Below, piece by piece: positions 13,522 to 50,610 of a DNA stretch of 64,000 bases. Each line of letters starts with the position of its first letter. Positions within the stretch are counted from its first letter, which is position 1. The notes below the pieces were generated by a model, which did not search any database, was not told the DNA's origin, and worked only from the letters and a program-made list of their open reading frames with translations. The translations under genes and the position numbers were made by a program. The stretch comes from the human T2T-CHM13v2.0 reference genome, Homo sapiens, in the NCBI RefSeq assembly GCF_009914755.1, contig NC_060946.1. The stretch is one strand, 5' to 3'.

Positions 13522-14901
13522 ATCTTCTCCCCTAGACACTCCCACTCGCCCTGTGTATCTGTGGCCTAGCCCTAGCAGGGTAGGCGGGAGGAGGGGAAGG
13601 AGCTCCCTCAGCAGCCGCCGCCATCTGCAGACCGGACAACGTTAGGGTGAGTCAGGCATTTCCGCTCAGGGAGTGCACAGGTGGCAGCTGGGACCAAGGG
13701 TGGCTGGGGTGCCCCCCCACCACCATGGGCTGAGGCCCCTCCGCGTAGCAGCTTCCAGCTCTGCCTCAAGGCCGGGCCCCAGCTCTGGGGCTTCCCTTTG
13801 CTGATGGAACCCGGATGGAGGCACAGGGGCTGGGGGGACTGTCCTCACAGATAAGGGTGCATCGAGGAGAGACTGCCCTCTGTGCCCATCTCTCCAGGGC
13901 CATAGAAATACATTCCATAGACCTAAGCAGTATTTGAATTTTTATAACAATAGCATATGTGTTTCTTATGTGATTTACTAGAAACAATTTAATTTCTCGA
14001 GTTGTAAAAAGGTGTATTTTAAACCTGTGTAAAGGTACCTGGAGATCATTGTCATTCAGAATAACAAAATAAAACAGCAATATAAAAACACAGATATTAT
14101 CATAGTACAATGTTAAATACTATAATATTCAAGATGATATTAAAATTACATATATCTACATCTATATGCATATAAGGATGTCAATAAATGATATTAATGT
14201 CTAAAATTAAATTGTAATTTTTGCAGACCTCTGTGAATATATTAGAAACCATTGAATTGTACACTGTATGGGGGTGAAATTTATGGTATTTAAATTATAT
14301 CTCAAAGTTCTGCTAAAAAATGAATGGCTTGATATTCTAGTGCTAAGGGATGGTTTTATTTAAAACATAAACTAATAGTTTCCAGTAGATTCCATTAAAA
14401 ATATTACAGCCAGGATTTCCAGATCACACCCATTCCCACCTTTTTAGAATTTTTGACTATTTTCCAAAGTCTTGAATTCAATGAGGTGCAGGTGGAAGAA
14501 AGCGTTTACAAAGTCAGTGGGTTACAGGAGAGCTGGTGTGGGCTGAGGCAGAGTGGGTAGAGAGGCTCCTTTCAAATGGAAGCCTCTGGAACCCGCAGAA
14601 AGCAAGTGTAAGGTGGGGCAATCTTCTGGAAAGCTAACAGAGAAAGGCTTTAGACCCAACACTCCCATTCACAAACACAGACAGGGGCATCTCAATGTTT
14701 TCTTAAATCTACTCTTTCTATATAGACACAAGGAAATAATTAAAAGGGGATAATTCTGGTTTAGTTATTTCATTAAATTATCAACAAACAACTTTTGAAA
14801 CAAAAACGGTAAAAAAAAGATAAAAGTGGAAGTCAATAAAATTATTATCTGTTTAATAATCTGTATCTGTGGCTCAGATACAGATCAGGCAAACCAACCA
14901 A

Positions 14902-15310
14902 GGATGAAGCCCCTGCTGTGGATGAAGTCTCCAGCTGTAGATGAAGCCCCCAGCCTATGGATGAAGTCTCCAGTCGTGGATGAAGTCCCCAGTCATGGAT
15001 GAAGCCCCCAGCCCGTGGATGAAGCCCCCAGTCATGGATGAAGCCCCCAGCCCATGGATGAAGCCCCCAGCCCGTGGATGAAGCCCCCAGTCATGGATGA
15101 AGCCCCCAGCCCGTGGATGAAGCCCCCAGTGATGGATGAAGCCCCCAGCCCGTGGATGAATCCCCCAGCCCATGGATGAAGCCCCCAGTCGCGGATGAAG
15201 TCTCCAGACGTGGATGAGGTCCCCAGTCATGGATGAAGTCCCCAGCCCATGGATGAAGTCCCCAGCTCATGGATGAAGCCCCCGGCCATAGATGAAGCCT
15301 CCAGCCGTGA
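14902..15310. repeat. VNTR of 19/20-bp units (GGATGAAGCCCCCAGCCCGT / GGATGAAGCCCCCAGTCAT), about 20 units
   Basis: Direct reading of the tandem units. Confidence 0.95.
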
Positions 15311-15599
15311 ATGTCCCCTGTGTTCTCCAGGAGGTTTCTTGGGTGTGTCCCGCAGCTGCTCCGTCAATGTGGCAGCCCCGTCTTGCTCATCTGGGGGCAT
15401 GTTTCAAACCCGAGAAGAAATCATAAGCCCTGTGGAGACAGTCAGTCAATATATTTCTCAGGGTTATCTGAAACAAAGAAAGATCAATTATTACAAAACA
15501 TGGGAGACATTGGCTGCTCTACATCAATGCCACACATATTACTGTAGAAAGTCAACAGCAGCCTTGAAAGTGGTAGAACCACCCCAGAGAACACAATGA

Positions 15600-17040
15600 A
15601 ATTATAATGTTTTATTACATAAAAATAGAAAACCTCAGTGTGACATGAAGTTCAATTTAAAAAAGTGCAAAAGATACATGGTAAACCGGAAAAAAAAACA
15701 CGGCCAGGCATATCACAAAGGTTTTAATATACTTAAAATGTAACAAGTCTCTAAATATAGGGAAGAAGACTACCAACAATCACATGTAAGCATGTTAGAG
15801 ACGTGAACAAACAATATAAAGGAAAAAACAGAAATGGCTTTTAATCTCATTGAAAAAATTTTAAAAATCACCTCAATACCACTTTAGAGACAAAATTTTA
15901 GAAGTTTCACATGTAACTATGTTAGTGTGGCTGTACACACATTGTTGCTAAGAAAGCCCCATTAGGCACTTGTGGAGAGGAATTTGGCAACATTTAGCAA
16001 AGTTGCAAAGCAGTAACACTTTGACCTACAATCCAACATCTTAAAATCCATCCTGAAGGAGACTGGCAAAAATTGAAAAGACTGGTGCACAAGACCATTG
16101 GTTGCAACATTAGAAAATGTAGAGCATACTTCTAAACTTGAATGTCAATAAAAATCATAATGCAATTAGATAATTCTTATGAATAAATAATAAAATGTGT
16201 GCAAACTGAAAATTGTGAGATGCAGCAAAGAGCATTATGTGAGAGCAATCTATAAGCTTAGTTGTTTACGCTGGAAACTCAGAAAGGCTGAAAGTTAATT
16301 AAGCATACAACTCAAGTTAGAAAAAAGTAGCATCAGAATAAATGCAGATAATGTAATGGAAGGATAACAGATGAGAAGAGAAATTGATGAAATAGAAAAT
16401 AAGGACAATACTAGGGAGAAGTAACAAAGCCAACAGTTGTTTTCCAGAAAAGTCTAATACAAAAGTCATTAGTGAGATTTATCAAGAAAAAAGGGAAATA
16501 ATCAAAATTCATATCAGAAATTCATAGGAAGACATAACCACAGAAGTAGCAGAGATTACAAAACAATCAGTGGATATTATGAATAAATATATGTATTCAA
16601 ATCTACATATGTATTCATTATGTATGTAAACATATATGAATATGGATATCATGCCAAGACATTTTAAAATGTGTACAAAATAGACAAAATCCTAGAAAGT
16701 ATAATTTTCTAAAATGAACTCATGAAGAAATAAAAATCCTGAATAGTTCAGTAGCTTCTATGTAAATTTAATCAGTAGTTAAGAAGTATCGGTCTTTGTC
16801 TCTTTCTTTCCCTTTCTCTCTTTTTCTCTCTCACACACAGAGCCCTAATAGTATTATTGGCTAAATCCAAAATTACAGTGGAGTTGTCATTCTAATCCAA
16901 TTAAAATATTTCCATAAAATTAATGAAGGGGGCTACTTTCAATTAATCTGATGAGAATATTATCTCAATACCATACAAAAAATTAAGTACAAAAAGAAAA
17001 ATTGCCTGCCAATCTTATTGAAGAGCACTGGCATAAACTC
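15600..17040 (+). mobile_element. Old L1M fragments
   Basis: A-rich sequence with degenerate ORF2 motifs (gaaattgatgaaatagaaaat, gaagaaataaaaatcctgaatag). Confidence 0.65.
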
Positions 17041-18509
17041 CCCAGAGGAGAAGGCAATGACCACGCCTCCAATAGGAAGAATCAATACAAACAAAACAGT
17101 GTGCACCCCAAAAAAGCATATCCTGACTTGCTCAACCTTATAGCCAATATTTAAAAAAATCCGGAACACACAGGGCCATGGGAGTGGCTGTTGGAGAAAT
17201 TTTCATGAAGGAAGAAAGATTACAACTAAGTTTTAAAATGCTAGTTTTGTTTGTTTTGTCTTGGAGAGGAGGTAAAAGTGGGAGTAAAAATAGGGAGTTT
17301 GGTGTAAGGTGAGAAAAGCAAAGGAAACCTGCATGGATGGGCTGAAGGGTGTGATGGGAGAACAGTGAGAAGTACGTTTGGGGAAGCAATTGGAAATAGC
17401 AGCTAAGCTTAATCACAATCTATCAAAAGGGATTTGTCGAAGAATTAATGTGTGACTAGAAACAGGGAGGTTATGGGCTTGTCAGCTCGACAGTGGGCAC
17501 TCAGTTCCACTAACGAATGATGCCCGTGTGGACAGACAGAATGATGGACAGGCAGATGAATGCGTGGGCTTTATGTGAAACAGGTCCTCTTGGTTGTTGA
17601 CAAGATACTGTTTTAAAGTTCCATTTTGCCATACTTCGAATAGCTTTTCATTCGCTAAATTTAGCTACATGTAAAATCACTAAGGCAGACTTCCAGAGTT
17701 CCCACATGAAAATCAAATGTAAACCAGCTGTGACCTACTTCGACACCGTCATCGGAAGTCAGAAGTTGAGCTCCTTTTTGATGTTTAAAGCCTGCATAAT
17801 ATTTGCTGTATTACTATTCAGTGTATTACTATTTCCTTTGTGATGGAAATTTGGTTTGTCCCAATTTTCTATTCTATTAAAACACTGCTACATAGAAAAT
17901 CCCCATGCACATATTTCTCCTAATTGTGGAAATATTTTACATAAAATACTCTAGACGTGGATGAAATTACCAGGTTATTAGAATTTTAAAATAGGTACTC
18001 CCAAATTGTGCTCTTACAAATTATATGAATTCATAAGCTTCCAACTGTTATGGAGTTACCCATTTTGAGAAATCTGTGCTAAAATGACCAAATCAATGCT
18101 GATGACAATGATCAGGATAAGTACACTGGGAAGACAACAAAATGATTTAGATCTTAGACAAGTCATGCTAGGTGTCTCCACTGTTTCAGTTCTTGCATTC
18201 ATTCTTGGGCTTTTTCCTTTTACCAAATAAAATAGCTCCTTGACATCACATGAGTCCATGCTATGCTTAATGAGTATTGGTTAGTAAAAATGCCTATGAC
18301 TAGTCATCTTCATCTATGCAAGTAAATATTAATTCATAAAACACTTCAAATGTAAGCAATTAATAATTAGTGAATGAAAAGTACATAATATATCAATTAG
18401 AAAAAAATCACTATTAAAAAGACATTATTTGTGTGATAAAAGAGATTGCCATTTTGTATTTTTCTACAAGGTTAAAGAAAACTAAGTCAACGTATACAAG
18501 TGAGTTTTA

Positions 18510-18812
<303 letters not shown>

Positions 18813-19030
18813 ACAAATTAATTAATTAAATAAAAGCCTTTAACCTAGAATGCTGAGTAAATTGGCCAAAAATGCTAACCTATGCATTTCAATACTATAG
18901 GATTCACGTTAATAGAAATAACCAGATGAAATGCTTCTGGTATGTCACCTTCCCTACCCACATAAGCCAGTGTTTTTTTCTGTGAATAACAAAAACAGCA
19001 GAATTTACTTGCCTATCCGTAAGAAGTTAC

Positions 19031-21635
19031 CACTTCTGTGTATTGCCCCGAAACAGGTGGTGGCTGGGTGAGAAGGGGGACAGCCCTAGGGCAGGAGATG
19101 GGGGCTCCGGTATCATGGGCGAGCTTCCTAAACCTCTGCAACTTTCGGCCCCTAAATGGGATGGGCCACATTTAGCACAATGCCCAGAACAAAGTAAGGA
19201 TTTGACACATCACACTTTTCTCCACATTGTTCTGTCATCAGCCACCGCGACCTGCACCTCCCAGCCCACTGGGCTCCGGCTGTTTCCATCACATGAAGAA
19301 TGATCCAGAGCCTGGCCTCCAGCCACCCTCCTGGCCTTGCTGCTTCTCACTCTGCCACTGACTCTTAACAGACCAGCCTGGGTGTCCTCAGACATACCAC
19401 ACCCTTCATTGTGGGAGTCATGCAGCCCTCCCTGCTCCTTCCCCAGGGAGCCACGGGGCTTTCCTCCTCAGGAAGACTCTGCAAGCACCTGGATGAAGGG
19501 CCCCCATGTCTCTCATCCTCCCTTAATTTTTGTCACAGCTCTCCTTCCTTCCACTCAGTGCAGTGCACACTGATTGATCCTCCATCTTCCCCAAAAGACA
19601 GGAACAGCACGAGCAGTAGAGAGTAGATTCCAAGGATAGAAAAAATAGCCAGTGATTTCTCATTTCCATTGATCATCAATGAAGAAAATGTATCCTGAAG
19701 GTCGTGTACCTCCTATGGGACTGCTGCATCCTCAGCCTCCTGAATTTCAGCCCAGCACCTTCCTCCCCAGCACCGCAACAGGTCAGGCCTTACCAGCATC
19801 CCTGTCTTACTGCCTTTGTGCAGAGCCAGCACCAGGACCAAGGGAGGCCTTGAGATTGTCCCTCCCCAAAAATTTGAGAAATAATCCTTTACGTCACCAA
19901 CAAAGCACAGCCTTATGCATTGGTGGTCAGTCCCTCCCAACACCTCTGTCACTGTAAAGCTGGCAGCGCCCCTCCAAGGTTGGCCTTCCCAGACACTGGA
20001 CCTCTAGGTGACAGTGTGTCCTTACCTTGAGGCCTGGGCGCCCAGTCTATCCTGTCCAGTGAGCGAGCTGTGGAGAAGGGGGGATTCCAGGTTAAGGGGA
20101 GACTAGCAAGGCTCCTGCTTTTATGCTGCCCTATTGGGAAGGCTGTTAAAGAAACACAAGTTGTGAAGCAGTGAAGATAGAACATGTTTTCATTACTTAA
20201 ACCAATACATTCCACAGATGGAATAATAAGAAATGCTACAACCAAGCTAACTGAATCCAACAGCATATCAAAAAGATAATCCACCATGATCAAGTGGGTT
20301 TCATACCAGGGATGCAGGGATGGTTTAACACATGCAAGTCAATAAATGTGATACATCACATAAATAAAATTAAAAACAAAAACTCATATGATAATCTGAA
20401 TAGATTCAGAAAAAACATTTGAGAAAATACAGCATTTCTTTATGATTAAAATCCTTCAGCAAAATCGGCATAGAAGGGACATACCTTAAGGTAATAAAAG
20501 CCATCTGTGACAAACCCACAGCCAACATTATCCTGAATGGGGGAAAGTGGAAAGCATTCCCCCTGAGGACTGGAACAAGACAAAGATGCCCACATTCACC
20601 ACTTCTACTCAACATAGTGCTATTCACTACAGCATTGGTTGTAAAAGCAAGACTGGAAACAGAACAAATGGATACCCATAATGAGTGCTTAAGTAATTTT
20701 GGGAATAGTCATAGGGTGCAGTACTTTATAGCTCTGAAACAATACAGTGGATTTACATTTGAAAATGTGGAATGATAACTAAGGTGCATTGCCCAGTGAT
20801 ATGTGCAGAGGGGCAGAGGACTTTGTGTAAACACAATCACACATCAGCATGCATTCCAGGTGCATGTTTCTATTTGCACATAGATTGTAGAAATGATATG
20901 CAAGCAAAAATGTTGACTTGGTGTTTGGAAGTTCAGAGTGGAAGGGAAACTTCCTTGCTAACCTTTTATGATATTTAGAGTTATTTCTAACCATGAATAT
21001 GTAATACATTTAGAAATCTTAGCTAACAAGAAAAGCCTCTGGTCCTGGCCTCCTGCTGGCACATATCATATGGACATGGTCCTGTCGTGCTAATGTGTGC
21101 AAACTGAGAAAAATCCAAGAATGGGAGTCTGCTTTTTTCATCATACAAATAATTGTTAATAGAAATAGTATGATAATTATTGCTCATTGATATACCATGA
21201 ATATTCTATTAGATAATAATAAATTTCTGACATTTGAACTATACTTACACATGGAAATTGAAATATATGGATGAAATATTGTGGCTTATACAGGCAATTG
21301 TTTTATTGGCATTTTACAAACTGATCATCATTCCTCATGGCACGGGTCCATGTGATATTAAGTAGCTTGTTATGCTTGGGAAAGGCAGTGATGACCACAA
21401 GAATGACTTCAACTACTAAAGTACAATGGAGATTTCAACAATGTTTTGTTTAATATTTAAATATTTCATTGTGCTCCCAGGCTTTTTCTCACCCTAATAG
21501 CTCTCATCCATATCATGTGGGTCCCATTAATACAGATACCTCCGAATGCACCACTCTTCCATTATATCCAGTCAATTGCTGGTTACCTTGGGCCTACAAC
21601 TGGGGGAGGGCAGGGGCTGCTGGCCACCTCCTCAT
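19031..21635 (-). other. Candidate downstream (post-stop) micro-exons of the FAM230-like gene: 21587-21635 (49 nt), 20026-20067 (42 nt), 19031-19063 (33 nt)
   Basis: Each is flanked on the minus strand by a pyrimidine-rich AG and a GTAAC/GTAAG donor, e.g. ttctccacag|CTCGCTCACTGG...GGCCTCAAG|gtaagg. Confidence 0.55.
20245..20620 (+). mobile_element. L1P ORF2 (reverse transcriptase region) fragment
   Basis: atccaccatgatcaagtgggtttcataccagggatgcagggatgg...aaacccacagccaacattat is a classic L1 ORF2 sequence. Confidence 0.9.
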
Positions 21636-21712
21636 CTACAGTAAGAGTCAATGAGCAGTTAAGTGGACACTGAAAACCATTTATCCTGCTGGAGTGAGAA
21701 ATAAATGGTTTC

Positions 21713-22017
21713 TTTCTTTTTTTTTTTTTTTTTTTTAGATGGAGTCTCGCTCTGTTGCCCAGGCTGGAGTGCAGTGGTATGATCTCGGCTCACTGCAAGT
21801 TCCGCCGCCCAGGTTCATGCCACTCTCCTGCCTCACCCTCCTGAGTAGCTGGGACTACAGGCACCTGCCACCACGCCTGGCTAATTTTTTTTTTTTTTTT
21901 TTTTTTTAGTGGAGAAGGGGTTTAACTGTTAGCCAGGATGGTCTCAATCTCCTGACCTTGTGATCTGCCTGTCTCAGCCTCCCAAAGTGCTGGGATTATA
22001 GGTCTCCGCACCTGGCC
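21713..22017 (-). mobile_element. Alu (AluY/Sc-like)
   Basis: Antisense dimer with poly(T). Confidence 0.9.
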
Positions 22018-22219
22018 ATAAATGGTTTCTTTCAATAGGGTAATAAAATGCATCTTTTCCAAACTATTTATATGACTCAAGGCCCACCTCAATTTCAGAT
22101 GTGATTAGCCTCAATTCCTGATTCTCACCAAGGTGTGTAATGTCATCCACGGCCCAGTGCAGAGGAACACAGGTGTTGCCGTCAAACTGCCAGGGTCCGA
22201 TCCCGCCTCCATCACTCAC

Positions 22220-22233
22220 CCCGGGAGCTCCCT

Positions 22234-22238
<5 letters not shown>
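22220..22238 (-). CDS. 19-nt micro-exon carrying the in-frame stop (GCT TAA)
   Basis: gactcctag|CTTAAAGGGAGCTCCCGGG|gtgagt. Confidence 0.5.
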
Positions 22239-39812
<17,574 letters not shown>

Positions 39813-40072
39813 TCCCGGGTGAAGGCACAATCCACACTGTGAGGTCCAACTGCTGCCATGCAGACAGGTGTGCTTTTACATGTACAGGAAGGTCATTGAA
39901 GATAAGTGTTTTATTTCAAAAACTGAATCCCAAGCCTACACATTATTATTCTGTGTTTCTTAAAATAAGTTATGAGATGGGAAATAGGGTACCCCTAAAT
40001 ATAGCCAATAGTGAGAATTTCAAATTGAAGAGGGGCACAACTGATTATTCTGAAAACAAGCAGAGATTCCAT

Positions 40073-41242
40073 TCTTTTTTTTCTTTTTCAACTTTTATGT
40101 TAGATTCAGGGTGTACACGTGCAGGTTAGTTACCTGGGTATATTGTGTGGTGCTGAGGTTTGGGGTATGAATGATCTCAACACCCAGGTACTGAACATGG
40201 TACTCAGCAGTTTTTCAACCTTTTCCTTCCTCCCTCCCTCTCTTAGCAGTCCTAGTGTCTATTGTCACCATCTTCGTGTCCATGGGTACTCAGCGTTTAG
40301 CACCTACTTATAAGAACATGAGGCGTTTGTTTTCTGTTACATTAGTTCACTTAGTGGCTTCTAGCTCTAGCCATTTTCCCGCAAAGAACATAATTTCATT
40401 CTTTTGTAGCTGCATAGTATTCCATGGTCTATATGTACCACATTTTTATCCAGTCCACTGTTGACGGGCACCTAGGTTGATCCCATGTCTTTGCTATCGT
40501 GAATAGTGTTGCAATAAACATACGAGTGCGTATGTCTTTTTGGTGGAATGATTTGTTTTCTTTTGGATACATACTCAGTAATGGGATTGCTGGGCTGAAT
40601 GTTAGTTCTGTTTTATGTTCTTTGAGAAATCTCCAAACTGCTTTCCACAGTGGCTGAACTAACTTACATTCCCACCAACAGTGTATAAGCATTTCGTTTT
40701 CTCCTTATCCTTGCCAGTATCTGCTATTTTTTTTTACTTTTAAAAAAATAGTCTTTCTGACTGGTGTGAGATAATATCTCATTGTGGTTTTGATTTGCAT
40801 TTCTCTCATGATTAGTGATGATAAGCATTTTTTCACGTTTGTTGGCTGCATGTATGTCTTCTTTTGAGAAGTGTTTATTTGCCCCTTTTTAAATGGGGCT
40901 GTTTTTGCTTGTGGAATTAAGTTCCTCATAGATTCTGGATATTAGACCTTTGTTGTACGCATAGTTTGTGAATAATTCCCCCCATCCTGTAGGTTGTCTG
41001 CTTACTCTGCTGATGGTCTCCTTTGCTGTGTGGCAGCTCTTTAGTTTAACTAGGTCTCACTTGCCAAGTTTTGTTGCAATTTCTTTTAAAGACTTAGTCA
41101 TGAATTATTTCCCATAGGCCATGTCAAGAATGGTACTTCTGAAGTTTTTCTTCCAGGATTATTGTAGTTTGAGGTCTTAAATTTAAATCTTTAATCCAAC
41201 CTGCGTAAATTTTTGTATATGGTGAAAAATAGGTGTCCAGTT
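40073..41242 (-). mobile_element. L1PB/L1PA-type 3' end, antisense
   Basis: Poly(T) then acttttatgttagattcagggtgtac...; minus-strand ORF 40429..40692 (HCWWECKLVQPLWK) is the L1 ORF2 C-terminus. Confidence 0.9.
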
Positions 41243-46234
<4,992 letters not shown>

Positions 46235-46669
46235 CTACCAGGGAAACCACTTGGCATTTAGGGCCCAGAAACAATCAGTTCTTCCAGGTTGACTCCTCCT
46301 GCGAAAGCACATGGGGCCGTGTAATCATTTGCTCGTGGTCCACCTGAAAATCCTGCATAACCCTTCCTAAGGCAGTGCCAGCCAATTTAAGCTCAGAAAT
46401 GTTCCCTCTCTAAATTTTCCTCGCAGCACCTGAAGCTCCCCCAGCCCAAGGAAAACTGGTGGGTGACAGGAAGGAGAAGCATGACCTCCAGTGCACACTG
46501 AGTCCCAGCAGGGCCAGCTCACCCAGGAGCTGAGCGGGAGGGTCTCTCTGCCCTGTAGACACTGGGTTCAGGATCAGGAGCTGAGACCCCAGATCAGACA
46601 GACCTAGACCCTGGCTCTTCCTCTTAGCAGCTGTGTGAGTCTCCATCTCTCCAGTTATAGTGGGAATGA

Positions 46670-47085
<416 letters not shown>

Positions 47086-47774
47086 CAGATTATTGCTTTT
47101 CTAATCCATGCCACAGATCTTGACGTTCTGCCTCCTGCGCACACCTCCCAGCAGGCAACATCCTCCCATCCAGCAGTTGGCACTCTAGGCCTGTTCTGAG
47201 CCCCTAAGACTGGGCAGGTCCCCTGCACGCCCTACGCACTCTGGCTTTCTCCTTTCTAGCACTTTCCAAAATCATGATGAATTCATTATTTGGGTGGAGT
47301 GCTGCCCTCCAGGCAAGGAATCTCGTGACAGCAGGGACTGTGATTATTTCATTTGTTGCCATAGAACTCGGGCCCAGTGAAGGGCGTGGTGTGGCAGGGA
47401 ATCACCGTGAATGCTGTAGAATGGGTCGTTCATTCACCTAGCCATTCATTCATTTACGCAGGGCTAGAGGAATTTCACTCTCCACCTCCGTCATTTACTT
47501 TCTGGGTGATCTAGAGCAGCATCCTTCTTCTCTTAGCCTCAGTTGCCTCATCTGTAAAATGGGGCTAGCACTGCCCTCTTAGAGTATGGCAAGGAGTCAT
47601 TGAGATAATGGGGCTATGACACAGAGATATTTTGAGCACCTGGCATCTAGCGATTGTTCAATAGCCACTGGCTGTAGTAAGAGTCTTATTTGGCCAATTG
47701 TTATTGTTAATGGGCTCCCTGAAACTACAACAGGAGTTTGCTCTGTCCTTTCATGTCAAAATCCACTGGACTGA

Positions 47775-48164
<390 letters not shown>

Positions 48165-48191
48165 TAATATAGTTTTTAAATGTTTTGTAGA

Positions 48192-48506
48192 ATCGCAAGG
48201 ACAAAAAACCAAACACCACCATGTTCTCACTCGTAGATGGGAATTGAACAATGAGAACACATGGACACAGGAAGGGGAACATCACACTCTGGGGACTGTT
48301 GTGGGGTGGGGGGAGGGGGAAGGGATAGCATTAGGAGATATACCTAATGCTAAATGATGAATTAATGGGTGCAGCACACCAGCATGGCACATGTATACAT
48401 ATGTAACAAACCTGCACATTATGCACATGTACCCTAAAACTTAAAGTATAATAATAATAATAAAAATAAATAAAATAAAAATAAAATGAAATAAAACTTC
48501 AAAAAA
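48192..48506 (+). mobile_element. 5'-truncated young L1PA (L1PA2-4-like) 3' UTR with a 14-bp target-site duplication
   Basis: Near-consensus L1PA 3' UTR. TSD aaatgttttgtaga at 48178-48191 and 48507-48520; insertion site ttttt|aaa. Confidence 0.92.
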
Positions 48507-49704
48507 AAATGTTTTGTAGAGACAGGGGTCTTGCTATGTTGCCCAGGCTGGCCTTGAAATCCTGGCCTCAGGCAATCCTCCCAAAGTGCTGGCATTTGTC
48601 ATGAGCCACCGAATCATTCATTCATTCATTCATGCACAGTGAATCCACAAACGTTTTCCAAGTGCCCTCCAGGGGCCGGGCCCAGGACTAGGTGCTGTGG
48701 TTGGAAGCAGAAAGGAGAGTCCTGGGCTGAGAGGAAGCCATCAGTTTATCCTCTGTGCCAAGGGAAGTGGCTGAGCCCTCTACCCACATCCTGTCACCCC
48801 CACCCCTGCACTGGCTGATCTGTCTCTGTCCTTTTCCTGAACCTCTTTCATCCTGGCCTGGGCAGGGGGCTCGGCACCCCCACCCCACCGTTCAGCCATT
48901 TCCTGCCCTTCTGTCATCTGCTTCCTTTGATCCTTTTGTCAGAAGACTCTTGGAAGCCTCTAAGCCATTGGCAACCCCGTCTGCTGGGCTGGGGCTGGTG
49001 ACCCCACAGGGGCTGGGACCAAAGTGGGCTTCTCTTGGGATCCTGCTCTGGGAGGCAGATGGATTCTGGCCACATTCATTCATTCGCTCATTCACTTTTT
49101 CATTCGCAGGTTCCAGGCTTTGTGCTGGGCCCAGGGACCACAAAGTAAGCAAGAGAGCCATCGTCCCTGCCCTCATGGAGCTCCAGCCCAAGGGACAGCA
49201 GCTTATCCTACGCCAAGGGGCTCCTCTCAAAATTCCCACAGCAGTAGTGATCTAAGGACCTGGGCAGGGGCACTGGACTTCAAGTCTCAGCCTCTGGTGA
49301 GTGTCTTTACTCCCGAGCCCCAGTTCCATACGTGGGTACTTGCGGAGGGGCTGGACTTCACATTCCCTAAGGCCTTCCAAGCTCAAAGACTGAGAAGATG
49401 CGGTGTGGCCAGGACCCTCCTAGAGTGAGCTCCCTGGATGCAGGAAGGGGGCCCTGGGCCCAGCAGAGAGGCAGGGTGAGGAGGCCAGAGGTGTGGGGAG
49501 CCCAGTTTGACAGGAGATGGAATACACATTATTTTAATTTTTTTCTTTTTTGTTTAATACTGTTGATGCAACAGTAAGAATACACATTGTTGATCAGAAA
49601 GTGAACAGAGCCTTAGCCCCAAATACAACAAGCCTCTTCTCTTTATCTTGTATGGGGTCTCCACAGCCAGCTCAGGACAGGAGTTCAGTCGATGCTGGGA
49701 AGGG

Positions 49705-49930
49705 GCTAGCATTTATTGAGCACTTACTATGTGCCAGGGATGCTGGGCTGAGCTCTTTATGTCAGGCATGAATCCATGGAATCCCTACTCTGGTCCTATG
49801 AAGCAGATAGAATCATTCTTCCCATTTTACAGATGAGAACAGGGAGGCAAGGAGAGATGAAGGTTGCCCAGGGCCCCATAGATTGCAGGTAGCACAGCTG
49901 GGTTTTGAACCCTGTTTGCCTGGCTTCAGC
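49705..49930 (-). mobile_element. MIR (other MIR remnants near 46610, 47490, 53320, 60190 and 61250)
   Basis: atttattgagcacttactatgtgccagg...cccattttacagatgagaa. Confidence 0.8.
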
Positions 49931-50610
49931 CCACACACTGTTCTGTCCCCTGGTGACTGAATGGGGGGACCTCCAGGCATCAGGATGCTGAGCTACACAA
50001 GGTAGCAGACTTGCCCTTTCTGGGGTCTGCCTCAGTAGTTCCAGCCGAATGTCGGGGTGGTTCACCCCCTTTCCCCCAGAGAGTGGAAAACAGTCAGAGA
50101 AGAGAGCAGAGGCCCATCTGCCACAGGAAGTCCTTCAGAGGACTGCAGTAGGGACTCTTAGAGTGGCTTCCCCTCTGACCCTCCGGGGCTCTTGCAGTCC
50201 CAGCAAGGCTGGCACCAGTTCCTTCAAGCCCTTTTGGGAATTTCCAGTAGCTGAGCTTCTCCCAGTTCTTAGTATGATGAACTCCTATACAGCCCTCAAT
50301 GCCCTGCTCAGGTGCCCCTCAACCTCCCTAGAAGGACTCGATCCCTCCTCCCTCTGGATGCCCTCCTCTTCATCTGATACCCTTTCCTGTCCCACACTGC
50401 GACTCGTACTGTGGAAACCTGCAAATGTGTCCTCATTGTTGATAGCACAGCACTACCAGCCTCTTCCATCCAGCATTTTTCCTGTGCCAGGCCCCATGCC
50501 ATGTGCGTGACAACCCTCACCAGCCCCTGGGACTGTTCTTACCCCCACTTTACAGATAAGCAAGTTAAGTCACAAAAACACTTAGGTGTCTTATCCAGTG
50601 ATCCAGGGAA

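Noticed and set aside
12998-13545. ORF-track proteins overlapping the MAD1L1 exon
   Set aside because: They are in the wrong frame or strand; the real frame starts at the splice acceptor at 13104.
14902-15310. Regular repeats (here, at 1197 and at 23559) as a CRISPR-like array
   Set aside because: The units are contiguous with no unique spacers, the context is eukaryotic, and there are no cas genes.
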